NCBI GenBank assembly: GCA_946409515.1
Contig: CAMJWS010000001.1
Coordinates: 318,824 to 382,823 of the forward strand
Direction: 5' to 3'
Length of the DNA: 64,000 bases
Source of the DNA: an uncultured Bacillales bacterium
GTDB taxonomy: Bacteria; Bacillota_I; Bacilli_A; RFN20; CAG-826
Positions 1-10,174 of the stretch are shown piece after piece (position 1 is the first letter of the stretch; each line of letters opens with the position of its first letter). A program made the position numbers and the translations under genes. Below the pieces are notes generated by a model that did not search any database, was not told the origin of the DNA, and was given only the letters and a program-made list of their open reading frames with translations.

Positions 1-770
1 TGGAAATCGTGTTGCTTTCCTCTTTTATTCTTTTCGGGAAGCATTTTCCAGTTATTATACAATTGTGTGAGATACATTTCACCATTTTCTGGACCTTTAA
101 CAACAATATTTTCAAATGGATAAGGTTTTGCTTTGCCGAAAACTTCTTTTTTAAAAACTTCGCGCTTTCCATATGACCCATATAGACAGCCAACATATTG
201 ACATTTATCATAGTCTTTTTTCGAAGCGGCTTTATCGATTTTAAGAGAATACTTTTTTGTGTTAATGAAGAATAGGCATCTTCCCATGATGATAAAGATG
301 TTCTTTAAAAAGCTTCGTTCTTTTCTGATAGCGCATGTTTTAGACATAAGCAAATTGTTCATTCTCATTATTCTTTTTGAAAAAGCAATAGATTCTTTGT
401 AAGTGTTTCCAAGCCCATCGATAGGAAAAACGTCGATGTAAATTCCTCTCTTAATGCTTTTTCTTTGCTTTTCTATCAAGGTTGTACTTGTATCATACAA
501 TTTAGAATATGTTAACAAATAATCGTTGTTGTTTTGAAAAGGCGTCTCGAGCATAAAATTGCCTTCTTTTTTATTAAATTCTTTTATTAAACGCTGATAT
601 TCTGGTCTTGGTAAAGCAATATCTATATCGTCATCCCACGGAATAAAACCGCTATGTCTCATTGCCCCGAGAAAACTGCCATAGACAACATAGTAAGTGT
701 AGTCGTTGCTGTTTAGATATTCACAAAACCAAGAAAGCATTTCTAATAATTTTTTTTGTAAATCATTCAC
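1..770 (-). CDS. licD: LicD-family phosphotransferase (phosphocholine/polyol-phosphate transferase), 3' end outside window
   Basis: Reverse-strand translation gives MNDLQKKLLEMLSWFCEYLNSNDYTYYVVYGSFLGAMRHSGFIPWDDDIDIALPRPEYQRLIKEFNKKEG, the LicD signature (GxxLGxxRHxGFIPWDDDxD). The ORF runs off the window start, so it is absent from the ORF track. Probable GTG start at 770 with GGAG 9 nt upstream; an alternative in-frame ATG lies at 737. Confidence 0.75.
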   Translation of the reverse strand, partial: MNDLQKKLLEMLSWFCEYLNSNDYTYYVVYGSFLGAMRHSGFIPWDDDIDIALPRPEYQRLIKEFNKKEGNFMLETPFQNNNDYLLTYSKLYDTSTTLIEKQRKSIKRGIYIDVFPIDGLGNTYKESIAFSKRIMRMNNLLMSKTCAIRKERSFLKNIFIIMGRCLFFINTKKYSLKIDKAASKKDYDKCQYVGCLYGSYGKREVFKKEVFGKAKPYPFENIVVKGPENGEMYLTQLYNNWKMLPEKNKRGKQHDF

Positions 771-790
771 ATCAATAATCTCCGATAAAA

Positions 791-2242
791 TTAGCTCTTT
801 TTTCTAAAAATACTACGGGCTTTCATCAAAATCTTCTTTTCTACATCTATAACCATTTTGTCTTGGAACAAATTAATGCTGATGAAATAAGTTATCACTC
901 CAACCAAAACACACACGATAGTACGCAGAATGATGTTTTTTATCGTAATCAACGGTATGATTACAAGGCCAGCCATTATCAAAGCCGCAACAAACGGTTT
1001 CCAAGTTAGCCTTATTGGGACCAAAAATCTGTCTTCTTTTCTTAAGCCAACAAAAGTAAACAAATCTATTACAATTTCTCCAACAACAGAAGCAACTACA
1101 GCCCCATAAATGCCAAAATAAAAAATTAGAGGTATATTAAGAACTATATTCACAACTGTACCAATAATAAAACCAAAAGTGACCTGCTTTTCTCTGGAAG
1201 AAGCAATTGCTACTTGATAGCAGCACAAATCGCCAATAGATTTAATGAAAACAATAATTGCAAACATACGAACTGCCAAAATCGCTGGTTCAAAGCCTTC
1301 CCCATATAATATTAATATCGCTTCTGGAGCGAGAAGAATACACCCAGCAATTATTGGAAAAGCCAGTAAACAAACAGAATGAATTCCTAGTTGAACTAGT
1401 TCGAAAAACTTCTCTTTGTCATTTGAATAGTAGAAACTCAATCTAGGCAAAAACACAGCAGTCATAGCAGTGCATATATTAACAAATATGGTTATTATGT
1501 TATGAGCATAAGTGTAGTAAGCAACGCTCTCTTTACCAAGCATAGAACCTATCATTGTAATATCCACTTTGCTATACAATGTGCTGCAAATTACCCCAAC
1601 GCCCAAAACAAGGCTGACAAGTAGATGTCTTTTAATATTAATTCCTTTGAAGGTAAACGAAACATATTTTCTTGAGTGAAGCACATTGAGAATGTAGTTG
1701 CATCCAGTCGAAGCGCTTGAGATGTAAGCATAAATAATGAAGTCGTTGGAACTGCGAACAAAAACAAACAATAGAGAAAGCGCTAAAATTTTAATCACAA
1801 TATTTCTGAGAGCAATGTATTGATAATCTTCAACCCCCTGATATAGCCAATCTATGTTCAAAAAATTGAAAACAATTAATAGCCCAGATGCAATGTAGAG
1901 ATTGATATTTTCAGCTCTAAACGCAATTGCTATCAAAGAAATATAAAATAGCGTTGAGACTGCTGTAGTAATAAAGTTGCATATGAATAACTCGCTAAAA
2001 GATTTATTTAGTTCTTCTTTATTTTCCTTGATTTTTGCAATGATTTTGGTTCCATAGTTTGGTAATCCTAAAATCGCCAAAGAGACAAAATAGGACGCAA
2101 TATTTTGTGCATAAGAAACTTCTCCAATACTTTCAACGAGCAAAACTCGGGATACATAAATTGAAACAACAAGCGGAAAGGCAATGTTGATAAATCGATA
2201 CAAAACATTAAAAAAAGTGTTATTACTTAGCGATTTTGACAT
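791..2242 (-). CDS. wzx: Polysaccharide/teichoic-acid flippase, Wzx (MOP/PST family)
   Basis: 483-aa polytopic membrane protein with about 12-14 hydrophobic segments, typical Wzx length and architecture, inside a glycosyltransferase operon. Confidence 0.75.
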   Translation of the reverse strand: MSKSLSNNTFFNVLYRFINIAFPLVVSIYVSRVLLVESIGEVSYAQNIASYFVSLAILGLPNYGTKIIAKIKENKEELNKSFSELFICNFITTAVSTLFYISLIAIAFRAENINLYIASGLLIVFNFLNIDWLYQGVEDYQYIALRNIVIKILALSLLFVFVRSSNDFIIYAYISSASTGCNYILNVLHSRKYVSFTFKGINIKRHLLVSLVLGVGVICSTLYSKVDITMIGSMLGKESVAYYTYAHNIITIFVNICTAMTAVFLPRLSFYYSNDKEKFFELVQLGIHSVCLLAFPIIAGCILLAPEAILILYGEGFEPAILAVRMFAIIVFIKSIGDLCCYQVAIASSREKQVTFGFIIGTVVNIVLNIPLIFYFGIYGAVVASVVGEIVIDLFTFVGLRKEDRFLVPIRLTWKPFVAALIMAGLVIIPLITIKNIILRTIVCVLVGVITYFISINLFQDKMVIDVEKKILMKARSIFRKKS

Positions 2243-2245
2243 AAT

Positions 2246-3262
2246 TTAATCTTTTTTTGCTTGTTTCTTACGTTTTATTCCCCATACATTGCCAACAAAA
2301 GAAAAGCCAAAAACACGGACTAGTCTTGACACTATTTTTTCTTTTCTCTTGACTAAATAAGATAACTCCGACGGGATATCGTACGCTAAACGCATATGCT
2401 TCAGCGCAGATACGAGTTCTTTTCTTTCTGCCCTAGAGTATGATGAGTAATGATAGAGAACGACGCCAATAAGCGATTGGGCATTCAACTTCAGTAAAAC
2501 GCCAACTGTTGTTTTCCGCGGGTAACGTTCTACAGAGTCAAGCAAATTTCCTTTCGCAAAAAACAATAAATCGGATGAAAATTTAAATGATGCAGTATGT
2601 GAAATAGAATCCTTGTGCTCTCGTCTATAATTATAGAGATATGCTGACGAGAAAGACACGGTTGAAGAATTTGCCCATAATTTGTATGTAAAATTAACAT
2701 CTTCACAAAGACGGCCAGCTGGAAATTTTATTTTTTTATCAAAAAGGATTTTTTTCTTTATAACATAGCATACCGAACACCAGCCATATGAGTAGTTGTT
2801 TTCCAAAAATAAAGTCAGAGCTTCTTCTTTATTAACACGCCCCTTGTTTTCCATTTCTCTAGTTATTGTCAAAAATGGTTGCTTTTCATTATTCTCATAA
2901 AACGAATTCATAGAAAAAACTAAAAAATCTGGTTCTTGTTCAGTTATCTGCTGATCTATTTTTAAAAACACATCATCAGACCAAAAATCATCGCTGTCTA
3001 AAAAAACAACGTAGTCTCCAGAAGCCTCTTCTATGCCTCTATTCCTAGCACAAGAGAGACCTCTGTTTGTTTGATGTATTACTTTTACGTTTTTATGCTG
3101 TTTTGAAAGAGTATCCGCCAATGAAGGAGTACTGTCCGTTGAACCATCATCTATAATTATTATTTCTATATTTTCACCATTTGGCTGATACGCGACACTT
3201 TCCACACACTTTTGAAGAAAGTTTTCGACATTAAATGCAGGTATGACAACACTATACATCAT
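2246..3262 (-). CDS. Glycosyltransferase family 2
   Basis: N-terminal VVIPAFN...IIIDDGSTDST...DSDD motifs (GT-A fold, DxD). Confidence 0.85.
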   Translation of the reverse strand: MMYSVVIPAFNVENFLQKCVESVAYQPNGENIEIIIIDDGSTDSTPSLADTLSKQHKNVKVIHQTNRGLSCARNRGIEEASGDYVVFLDSDDFWSDDVFLKIDQQITEQEPDFLVFSMNSFYENNEKQPFLTITREMENKGRVNKEEALTLFLENNYSYGWCSVCYVIKKKILFDKKIKFPAGRLCEDVNFTYKLWANSSTVSFSSAYLYNYRREHKDSISHTASFKFSSDLLFFAKGNLLDSVERYPRKTTVGVLLKLNAQSLIGVVLYHYSSYSRAERKELVSALKHMRLAYDIPSELSYLVKRKEKIVSRLVRVFGFSFVGNVWGIKRKKQAKKD

Positions 3263-3265
3263 TTA

Positions 3266-4210
3266 TTACCCCTCCTTTTTTAGAATCCTAACAAAGAAAA
3301 ATAGAATAGTTATAAATAATCTCTTCCAGCCGAAGCAACGCCTCATAGCATGTGTATATTGCATGCACATTGACTCATAGTTGGCATCAGAAGAAAACAT
3401 TTTTTTCTCTAGATAAATACCTAACAATATAAAGAAACAGCGTTTATCTAAAAAGTGTCGCAAAAATGGCTTTTTTTCACTTTTTGACAATTGATTAATA
3501 GCATTGCAAATAAATGTTTTATCAAATACCTTTTTAATGTTACGGGTAGTCGTGATAGAACCTGCTCTATTGGCTGTATTCACATAACAAGGGAAATTGT
3601 TAAAAATGAATGAATTGGCTAAGCAAATCACTTTTGGGGACCATAATTCATCTTCGTGATAAATCCCTTTTTCAAATTCAATGCCATTTTCCATTAAAAA
3701 AGACCTTTTAGTAACAAATGACCAAGCAGAATACCAAAAACCTTTTGCCTTATATAAAACTTTCAGAGCATCTTTTTTGTCCAGTGTGGTTTCATCTTTC
3801 ACGAAAGACCATTTATTCTCAACTGTCTCATTTGAATCTTCAAAATACGATAAGATGCGGCTAATAATCACATCAGGTTCTTTTTTACATAAAAAACGTA
3901 AGGAATCTAACGCTCCTTCAGGAAGAAAATCATCACTATCTAGCCAAATAACATACTTTCCATTTGCCTCATGAAGGCCTGCATTTCTTGCATCAGACAA
4001 ACCACCATTTTCTTTTTTTACAATTTTGATATTTGATTTGTTAAATTTTTTGCATACATCAAGTACAACATCAACTGTTGAATCTGTTGAACCATCATCA
4101 ACAACTATTATTTCACAATCTCCGCCATCTTGTTTGATTACGCTGGTTAAAGATTTAGCGATATATTTTTCTCCATTAAAAACTGGAATCACTATACTAA
4201 AAAGAATCAT
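3266..4210 (-). CDS. Glycosyltransferase family 2
   Basis: SIVIPVFNGEKYI...VVDDGSTDST...LDSDD motifs. Confidence 0.85.
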   Translation of the reverse strand: MILFSIVIPVFNGEKYIAKSLTSVIKQDGGDCEIIVVDDGSTDSTVDVVLDVCKKFNKSNIKIVKKENGGLSDARNAGLHEANGKYVIWLDSDDFLPEGALDSLRFLCKKEPDVIISRILSYFEDSNETVENKWSFVKDETTLDKKDALKVLYKAKGFWYSAWSFVTKRSFLMENGIEFEKGIYHEDELWSPKVICLANSFIFNNFPCYVNTANRAGSITTTRNIKKVFDKTFICNAINQLSKSEKKPFLRHFLDKRCFFILLGIYLEKKMFSSDANYESMCMQYTHAMRRCFGWKRLFITILFFFVRILKKEG

Positions 4211-5168
4211 GCTTTTTCACCATTCTCCTGAAATGCAATAATTTTGCAACTATTCGTAAGCCAAAAAGCGGAATCAAAAAACGAACTATTTTTTGTTTAC
4301 CATTTTTTGTATACTTCACAATAAATTTTGTGCCCTTCAATTCTTTTAGAAGAGTTTTCTTTTCCTCTCCAGCAAAAAAAGAATAAGAAGAAAGCGATGC
4401 ATAAAACTCTTTTGAAATGTTGTTCAGCAATTCCATTTTTAATCGTCTATCCGACAAGCTATCAAAAAATTCAAAATTCTTTTTGACTGTTGTCAATCTG
4501 TTTAATTCGTTTTTTAGATTTGGCTTGCTTGTTATTGATCCTGGGCGCCCTAATTGATATTCATAGGCTTCAATCATGATCGGAGCAATGTGAGAAACCA
4601 AAGATAACGCTCTTGGTATTAAGTACACGTCTTCATAATTAATACCTTCTGGGAAGAATAAGCCATTAGAAACTAAAAAAGACTTTCTAAACAAATATTT
4701 CCAAGCATACCACCTAAAATGCGTTTTCTCTAAAATATTTGCCAATGTTCGCTCACCATCAATTTGAATTGGCAAATATTCTTCAACAGTCTTCCCATTT
4801 TTTATTGTCTTGTAGCCAAATTCATAAACATCAAAATCACAATTCTTCGCGTGATCTATTAAAATATCAATGGCACCATTGGCCAAGCAATCGTCAGAAT
4901 CAAGAAATTGGATGTATTCTCCTGTGGAAACATTTATTCCATAATTCCTTGCGCTGGATAGTCCTCCGTTGGTTTTTGTGAAAACTTTTACTCTTTTATC
5001 TATAGCAGAAATTTGCTCACACAATAAAAGACTATTGTCCGTTGAACCGTCATTGATAATGAGAACTTCGAAACAATTTTCTTTGCTCTTAAGCAAAGAG
5101 TCGAGGCATCTTTCAATAAGACTATATGTATTATAAACAGGTATTACTATACTTAATAACTTGCCCAT
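4197..5168 (-). CDS. Glycosyltransferase family 2
   Basis: LSIVIPVYN...INDGSTDNS...LDSDD motifs. Start chosen at internal Met (MGKLLSIV); the longer ORF to 5261 would overlap the upstream gene. Confidence 0.8.
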   Translation of the reverse strand: MGKLLSIVIPVYNTYSLIERCLDSLLKSKENCFEVLIINDGSTDNSLLLCEQISAIDKRVKVFTKTNGGLSSARNYGINVSTGEYIQFLDSDDCLANGAIDILIDHAKNCDFDVYEFGYKTIKNGKTVEEYLPIQIDGERTLANILEKTHFRWYAWKYLFRKSFLVSNGLFFPEGINYEDVYLIPRALSLVSHIAPIMIEAYEYQLGRPGSITSKPNLKNELNRLTTVKKNFEFFDSLSDRRLKMELLNNISKEFYASLSSYSFFAGEEKKTLLKELKGTKFIVKYTKNGKQKIVRFLIPLFGLRIVAKLLHFRRMVKKHDSF

Positions 5169-6265
5169 ATGATTGCTTTTTCTAGAGAATCGATAGTATA
5201 AGGGATGACGTTGTCCTTGCCAAAGCCTCCTTCGGCAAATTTCAAGTTGATTATCATCCATATGAAAAGAACACCATAAATAGCAGCCGGGACAAAAGTT
5301 TTTACCACTAAGTTACGGCTCCTTTTAATATTGTAAATTGAATTTGCAATCACAATTGGAAAGAAGGCAAAGAAATAATTCGAGAATCTTGATATCATTG
5401 CATTTTTAAGACTTAGCAATTGGAAAAAGAGTGAAAAGCACATAGCGCAATAAAGCATTGTATCAAGCCTCATTTCTTCTGTTCTATTGGTAATAAAAGA
5501 AAATGCCAAAATTTTATTCTTATCCATGACAATAACAGCAGCAAACAGAAGTAGATAAACAACGAAAAATCTGAGAGCACCTGTTTCTGTTTCACCAGGT
5601 CTATCTGCATACCCACTGTACATAAAACGCGTCAAAAATGAAAAAATTGGATCGAATAAAATGAAAACCAACAAAGTGATTGCTATAAAGAGGAACAGAG
5701 TCTTGAATGTAAACTTTTTAATAAAGAGAGACGCTATGATAAATAACAAAAAAACAAAGGCGCTTTTATGAATAGTTATAGCAACAAGATTTACGATAAT
5801 AGCAGGTATATATTTCTTTTTATAGGTCAAATAAAATGAAAGCATGCAGATACACACAGCCAAATCATTTCTCTGTGTGTTCATTAATCTCGTATAATAA
5901 CAAAACATGAAGAATAAAATTATGCTTGTTCCAAGACTTTTTGATGTCTTGTAAAAGACAAAAAAAGCAAGGCAAAGTGACAAGGAGCCCACAACAAAGA
6001 AAAAGAAAGTTTTTGTAGGAGAGATAAAAAAGATTGCTTTATTAAGATATAGCCATCCAGGCTCAATATATGTTGATGAAATATCAGTTTTCGGAGATTC
6101 CATAAACATATCAACATATGCCTTAGTATCCCATCCAACATTCACGCTTCTAAAAGTATACACTGCAATAAGTATTACTAGCGAGATGAGTAAAAGAACT
6201 TTTTTATTCTTCACTAAAACTGCAAGTATGATTATTAATGCTAAGAGAGATAAATAAAACAACAT
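5153..6265 (-). CDS. Wzy/EpsG-like oligosaccharide repeat-unit polymerase (polytopic membrane protein)
   Basis: About 370 aa with around 10 TM segments and no soluble domain, sitting between GT2 genes. Start trimmed to an internal Met to avoid overlap with the 6273 gene. Confidence 0.55.
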   Translation of the reverse strand: MLFYLSLLALIIILAVLVKNKKVLLLISLVILIAVYTFRSVNVGWDTKAYVDMFMESPKTDISSTYIEPGWLYLNKAIFFISPTKTFFFFVVGSLSLCLAFFVFYKTSKSLGTSIILFFMFCYYTRLMNTQRNDLAVCICMLSFYLTYKKKYIPAIIVNLVAITIHKSAFVFLLFIIASLFIKKFTFKTLFLFIAITLLVFILFDPIFSFLTRFMYSGYADRPGETETGALRFFVVYLLLFAAVIVMDKNKILAFSFITNRTEEMRLDTMLYCAMCFSLFFQLLSLKNAMISRFSNYFFAFFPIVIANSIYNIKRSRNLVVKTFVPAAIYGVLFIWMIINLKFAEGGFGKDNVIPYTIDSLEKAIIWASY

Positions 6266-6272
6266 AATACTG

Positions 6273-7256
6273 CTACATGCCGCGCATCTTTTTAATCTTT
6301 TTTTGCACAAAATAAACCATTTTGGTCAGTAAAAAGAGTCTGTGGGAGATAAGAAAAATTAGAAGGCGAACTCTCAGAGAATATCCTTTTATATAAAAAT
6401 TTTTTGTATTAAATAGCGGGCTTGTTTTTGCTGCTCCAATATACTCTTTCCATTCATGTCTTTTCATCGTTTCTAGCGATGATAATCCTGTAGAATATAC
6501 ATATTCAAGCATAAATATAGCCTCTTTTTCACACGAGAAAGAATCATTCAACATATCATCGATAGTTTTGAAAGCGAGCTGAGCATTTTTGATATCAAGC
6601 AAAGTAACGTCGTGCATAAGCGATGATTGATTTTGAAAATACAAATAAAGTGGAGCACAAATATGAAAAAACGAGGAACAATTTGATATTGCTACCTTTG
6701 TAAAAGGCAAATCTTCATTTCTTCTTATGCATAAGAAACGCGCTGAACTTTCAATTAATACCTTTCTTTTATAAATTTTGCCGCACGTCATTCCCTTTGA
6801 ATAAACTAACACTGAACTGGCAGAAGGCATATTATTGTTGTCGCCATTTGTCATAATGTTTGATGTGTACGACCTTTTCCCGTTAATAATCTTGTAGTCA
6901 AACATAATGCAATCATAATTCCGCTTCAAAAGTGGAAAAACCATATCAAAAAAAGAATCATCAAATCTATCATCAGAATCTAAAAAAGTTACATATTCTC
7001 CTGTTGATTTATTGATACCCTCATTTCTACTAAAACCTGGTCCAGAATTACTCTCATTAAATACTAAGACTACATCCAGTTTTGTTTCTTTTGCAAAAGA
7101 AATCAATTCATTGCGGGAATCATCGGTAGAACAATCATCTATCACAATAAACTCAATATTTAATGAATTAGATTGTACAGACTGGCTTTTTAAGTAACTA
7201 ATAATAGTCTCAGATGAGTTGTAACATGGAATAACAATTGAAAGAAGCTTTGACAT
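6273..7256 (-). CDS. Glycosyltransferase family 2
   Basis: LSIVIPCYNSSETI...VIDDCSTDDS...LDSDD motifs. Confidence 0.85.
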   Translation of the reverse strand: MSKLLSIVIPCYNSSETIISYLKSQSVQSNSLNIEFIVIDDCSTDDSRNELISFAKETKLDVVLVFNESNSGPGFSRNEGINKSTGEYVTFLDSDDRFDDSFFDMVFPLLKRNYDCIMFDYKIINGKRSYTSNIMTNGDNNNMPSASSVLVYSKGMTCGKIYKRKVLIESSARFLCIRRNEDLPFTKVAISNCSSFFHICAPLYLYFQNQSSLMHDVTLLDIKNAQLAFKTIDDMLNDSFSCEKEAIFMLEYVYSTGLSSLETMKRHEWKEYIGAAKTSPLFNTKNFYIKGYSLRVRLLIFLISHRLFLLTKMVYFVQKKIKKMRGM

Positions 7257-7268
7257 TTTATTTCACCC

Positions 7269-8105
7269 TTACATTTTGGTGGAATTTCTGGCGAACTTTT
7301 TATAAACATAAGATCTTATTTTATTTGGTAGCAAGACTTGAACTATGAATCGTTTTAAACAATTTGCTATATAAGTTGAGAAATTTATTATTTTGTTTTT
7401 AAACATAAACGATTGGAGTTTTTTTTCACTCTTGTAATAAGATAAGCCACCTCGTCTTGCGTACTGATTGGCACCAGTTCTCACGTTGACTAAATTTGTA
7501 CCAGTGTTTGCAAATGTGGCATTATTTAAAAGCATTCTAACCCAAAGATAGTAGTCTTCATTGAAATGTAAATCTAGATACCCGCCCGATTCAAGTAGAG
7601 AGGTTTTTTTAAGCATCACTGTCATGTGATTGAAAGGACATCGTTTTTTTAAATACTTTTTAATTTCGTTATCAAACATTGGAACATTTCTGTAACTAAC
7701 GACATTATTTTCGTTGTCCACAAACTCTGAAATATTGCCTCCAACAACATCAACATGGTCATTTTTTTCGAAAAACATTAGTTGCTGCTCAAATCTATTC
7801 GGAATGGCAATGTCGTCACTGTCCATACGAGCAATTAACTCATTTGAGCAATTTTCTGTGGCTATTTTCAGTGCATTGCCTAAGCCTCCATTGGTTTCTA
7901 ATCTAATTGCTTTCAAATTAAATCTTTCGGAATACTTGTTAATAACGGTGTTTATTTCATCAGGAACAGGACCGTCAACCACCAATACAATTTCATCTGG
8001 TTTGATTGTTTGCTGATCAGTGATGCTCTCCAATGCCCTATCAAAATAACAAGGGGCATCGTTTTTATATACAGACATCGCAACGGAAAATGATTTGTGT
8101 TTCAT
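7269..8105 (-). CDS. Glycosyltransferase family 2 (WcaA/AmsE-like)
   Basis: SVAMSVYKND...LVVDGPV...RMDSDD motifs. Confidence 0.8.
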   Translation of the reverse strand: MKHKSFSVAMSVYKNDAPCYFDRALESITDQQTIKPDEIVLVVDGPVPDEINTVINKYSERFNLKAIRLETNGGLGNALKIATENCSNELIARMDSDDIAIPNRFEQQLMFFEKNDHVDVVGGNISEFVDNENNVVSYRNVPMFDNEIKKYLKKRCPFNHMTVMLKKTSLLESGGYLDLHFNEDYYLWVRMLLNNATFANTGTNLVNVRTGANQYARRGGLSYYKSEKKLQSFMFKNKIINFSTYIANCLKRFIVQVLLPNKIRSYVYKKFARNSTKM

Positions 8106-8867
8106 TTAGTCTCCCATCAAGTTTTCTGCTTCTAGCTGCTTTTGGTTGTATTCAGCCTCATCAATCGTTCCCTTTTGTAAAAGCCAATCACCATAATCTA
8201 TATCACTTGCCGTACCATCTCGGACAGTATTCTCTCTTTTAAAAACTTTGAATATTGTTCTCACAATTAGCATAAAATCACCAAACAGCGTAATCGCGTC
8301 AACATATTGTAAGTCATATTCTAGTTTTTGCTCCCATGTAATATTATTTCTACCATTCACTTGTGCTAATCCAGATAATCCTGGTCTAATGTCGTGTCTG
8401 CGCCTTTGTTCTTTGGTCATGAACACCATATCTCTAACTAATTGAGGGCGTGGTCCAATAATAGACATGTTACCAATAAAGATATTAAATAATTCAGGTA
8501 GTTCGTCCAAACTTGTGGATCTTAAAAATTTGCCATATTTATTAAGTCTCAGTTCGTCTGGCAGCAGTTTCCCAGAACTGTCTCGTTTATTTGACATAGT
8601 ACGAAACTTGACTAGTCTAAAAATTCTTTCCTTTCCGTTTTTACTCTTTTTGCCTGGTCTCTTTTGTAAAAAGAAGGGATTCCCCCTCATAAAAACTGCT
8701 CCAAGAAAAGAAAGTAAAACAAGGATTGGACATAGAATTAATATAGCAAGCCCTGACAAAAATATATCCCAAAAACGTTTAAAAAATGGCTTATAAAAAA
8801 GCCATGATAAAAGAAACAACAATGAGAAACTCCCAACTATTATGCTCAAAATCCAATACCATTCCAT
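8106..8867 (-). CDS. Undecaprenyl-phosphate sugar-phosphate transferase (bacterial sugar transferase, initiating enzyme)
   Basis: N-terminal TM followed by the conserved core KRPGKKSKNGKERIFRLVKFRTM...LDELPELFNIFIGNMSIIGPRP (Bac_transf / PglC-WbaP C-terminal domain). Confidence 0.85.
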   Translation of the reverse strand: MEWYWILSIIVGSFSLLFLLSWLFYKPFFKRFWDIFLSGLAILILCPILVLLSFLGAVFMRGNPFFLQKRPGKKSKNGKERIFRLVKFRTMSNKRDSSGKLLPDELRLNKYGKFLRSTSLDELPELFNIFIGNMSIIGPRPQLVRDMVFMTKEQRRRHDIRPGLSGLAQVNGRNNITWEQKLEYDLQYVDAITLFGDFMLIVRTIFKVFKRENTVRDGTASDIDYGDWLLQKGTIDEAEYNQKQLEAENLMGD

Positions 8868-8870
8868 GGA

Positions 8871-10151
8871 TTATTCAAAACACCTCTTAATTGTTTCAAT
8901 GATTTTATCTTGTTGTTCTGGTGTCATTTTATTATCTGATGGCAAGCAGCATCCTCTTTCGAAGATGTCAGCGCCTACATCTTTAACTCCACCAGCAATG
9001 TATGCGTTAGTACGGCATCTAATTGTGCCATCTCTACCAATACATTCATGCATTCTATACATTGGTTGCATATGCATTGGTTTCCAGATCGGTCTACCTT
9101 CAGCGTTAAGGCTAGCAATAGCTTCTAAAATTTCTGTTGGGCATGATTTGCCATGTTCAGAAACATATAATGATTTTGAATCATCTCTAACTTGTTTGCA
9201 CATTGCATCTTTATCAATAATCAATGCTGATAACCAGTAATTTGGTTTTGTGTTATCAACGATAGGATTGAGCTTAACTGGTAAGTCTTTTAGCCCTTCA
9301 ACATATCTATCATAAATTGCTTTCTTTTGAGCAATATGTTCATTTAAATACGGATACTGTCCACGGATAACACCAGCAATAACGTTACTCATTCTATAGT
9401 TATAACCGACTTCTTCGTGTTGATACCAAGGAGCATTCTCTCTGGCTTGTGTTGACCATTTACGTGCTTTATTAGCGACTTCTAGGTCATTTGTTAGCAA
9501 ACAGCCACCACTGGAACCAGTGATTATTTTATTGCCGTTGTATGAAACGGCAGCGTAGTCACCAAACGAACCACATGGTTGACCATTTAAATATGCGCCC
9601 ATTGCTTCAGCGGCATCTTCAATTAAAAGAGCCCCATGCTTATGACAAATATCTCTAATTAAATCAATTCTACCTGGGAAACCATATAATTCAGCACAGA
9701 CAACTAGTTTAACTTCTGGATATAATTCAAAAGCTTTTTCCAAAGCTACTGGATCCATATTCCATGATGATTCTTCTGTGTCAATAAAAACTGGAATACC
9801 ACCTTCATACACTACTGGGTTTAATGTGGCGTCAAACGTCATATCAGAGCAGAAGACTCTTTTACCTTCTAATGCACCATGACTGATTTGTGGTTTATCA
9901 TATAATCTTTCACCAGCAAACTTAACGCATAAATGTAAAGCAGATGTACAGTTGCATAATGCTACTGCATATTTAACACCTGCTTGTTTGGCAGCTAGTC
10001 TTTCTACTTCGTTGATGTTTTCACCTACTGTTGACATCCAGTTTGTCTCATAGGCTTCTTTCATGTATTTAAGTTCTTCGCCATGCATTGTTGGGGAAGC
10101 TAAATACAATTTCTTTTCAAATGGTTTTAAATCATCTTTTCTAACAAGCAT
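8871..10151 (-). CDS. DegT/DnrJ/EryC1/StrS-family PLP-dependent sugar aminotransferase (PglE-like)
   Basis: 426 aa; DegT-family sequence features (ALHLC, SFNGNKIITGSSGG) and overall length. Confidence 0.85.
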   Translation of the reverse strand: MLVRKDDLKPFEKKLYLASPTMHGEELKYMKEAYETNWMSTVGENINEVERLAAKQAGVKYAVALCNCTSALHLCVKFAGERLYDKPQISHGALEGKRVFCSDMTFDATLNPVVYEGGIPVFIDTEESSWNMDPVALEKAFELYPEVKLVVCAELYGFPGRIDLIRDICHKHGALLIEDAAEAMGAYLNGQPCGSFGDYAAVSYNGNKIITGSSGGCLLTNDLEVANKARKWSTQARENAPWYQHEEVGYNYRMSNVIAGVIRGQYPYLNEHIAQKKAIYDRYVEGLKDLPVKLNPIVDNTKPNYWLSALIIDKDAMCKQVRDDSKSLYVSEHGKSCPTEILEAIASLNAEGRPIWKPMHMQPMYRMHECIGRDGTIRCRTNAYIAGGVKDVGADIFERGCCLPSDNKMTPEQQDKIIETIKRCFE

Positions 10152-10174
10152 ATTTTTATGCTCCTTAAGATAGT

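Noticed and set aside
1258-1446. Short antisense ORFs (60-115 aa) nested inside long minus-strand genes, including 1258-1446, 3681-3974, 7714-8016, 13526-13873, 16866-17195, 22235-22720, 28309-28614 and 62810-63007
   Set aside because: Each is entirely contained within a well-supported gene on the opposite strand. They lack RBSs, and their odd compositions (Ser/Leu/Phe-rich) are typical of antisense read-through in AT-rich DNA.
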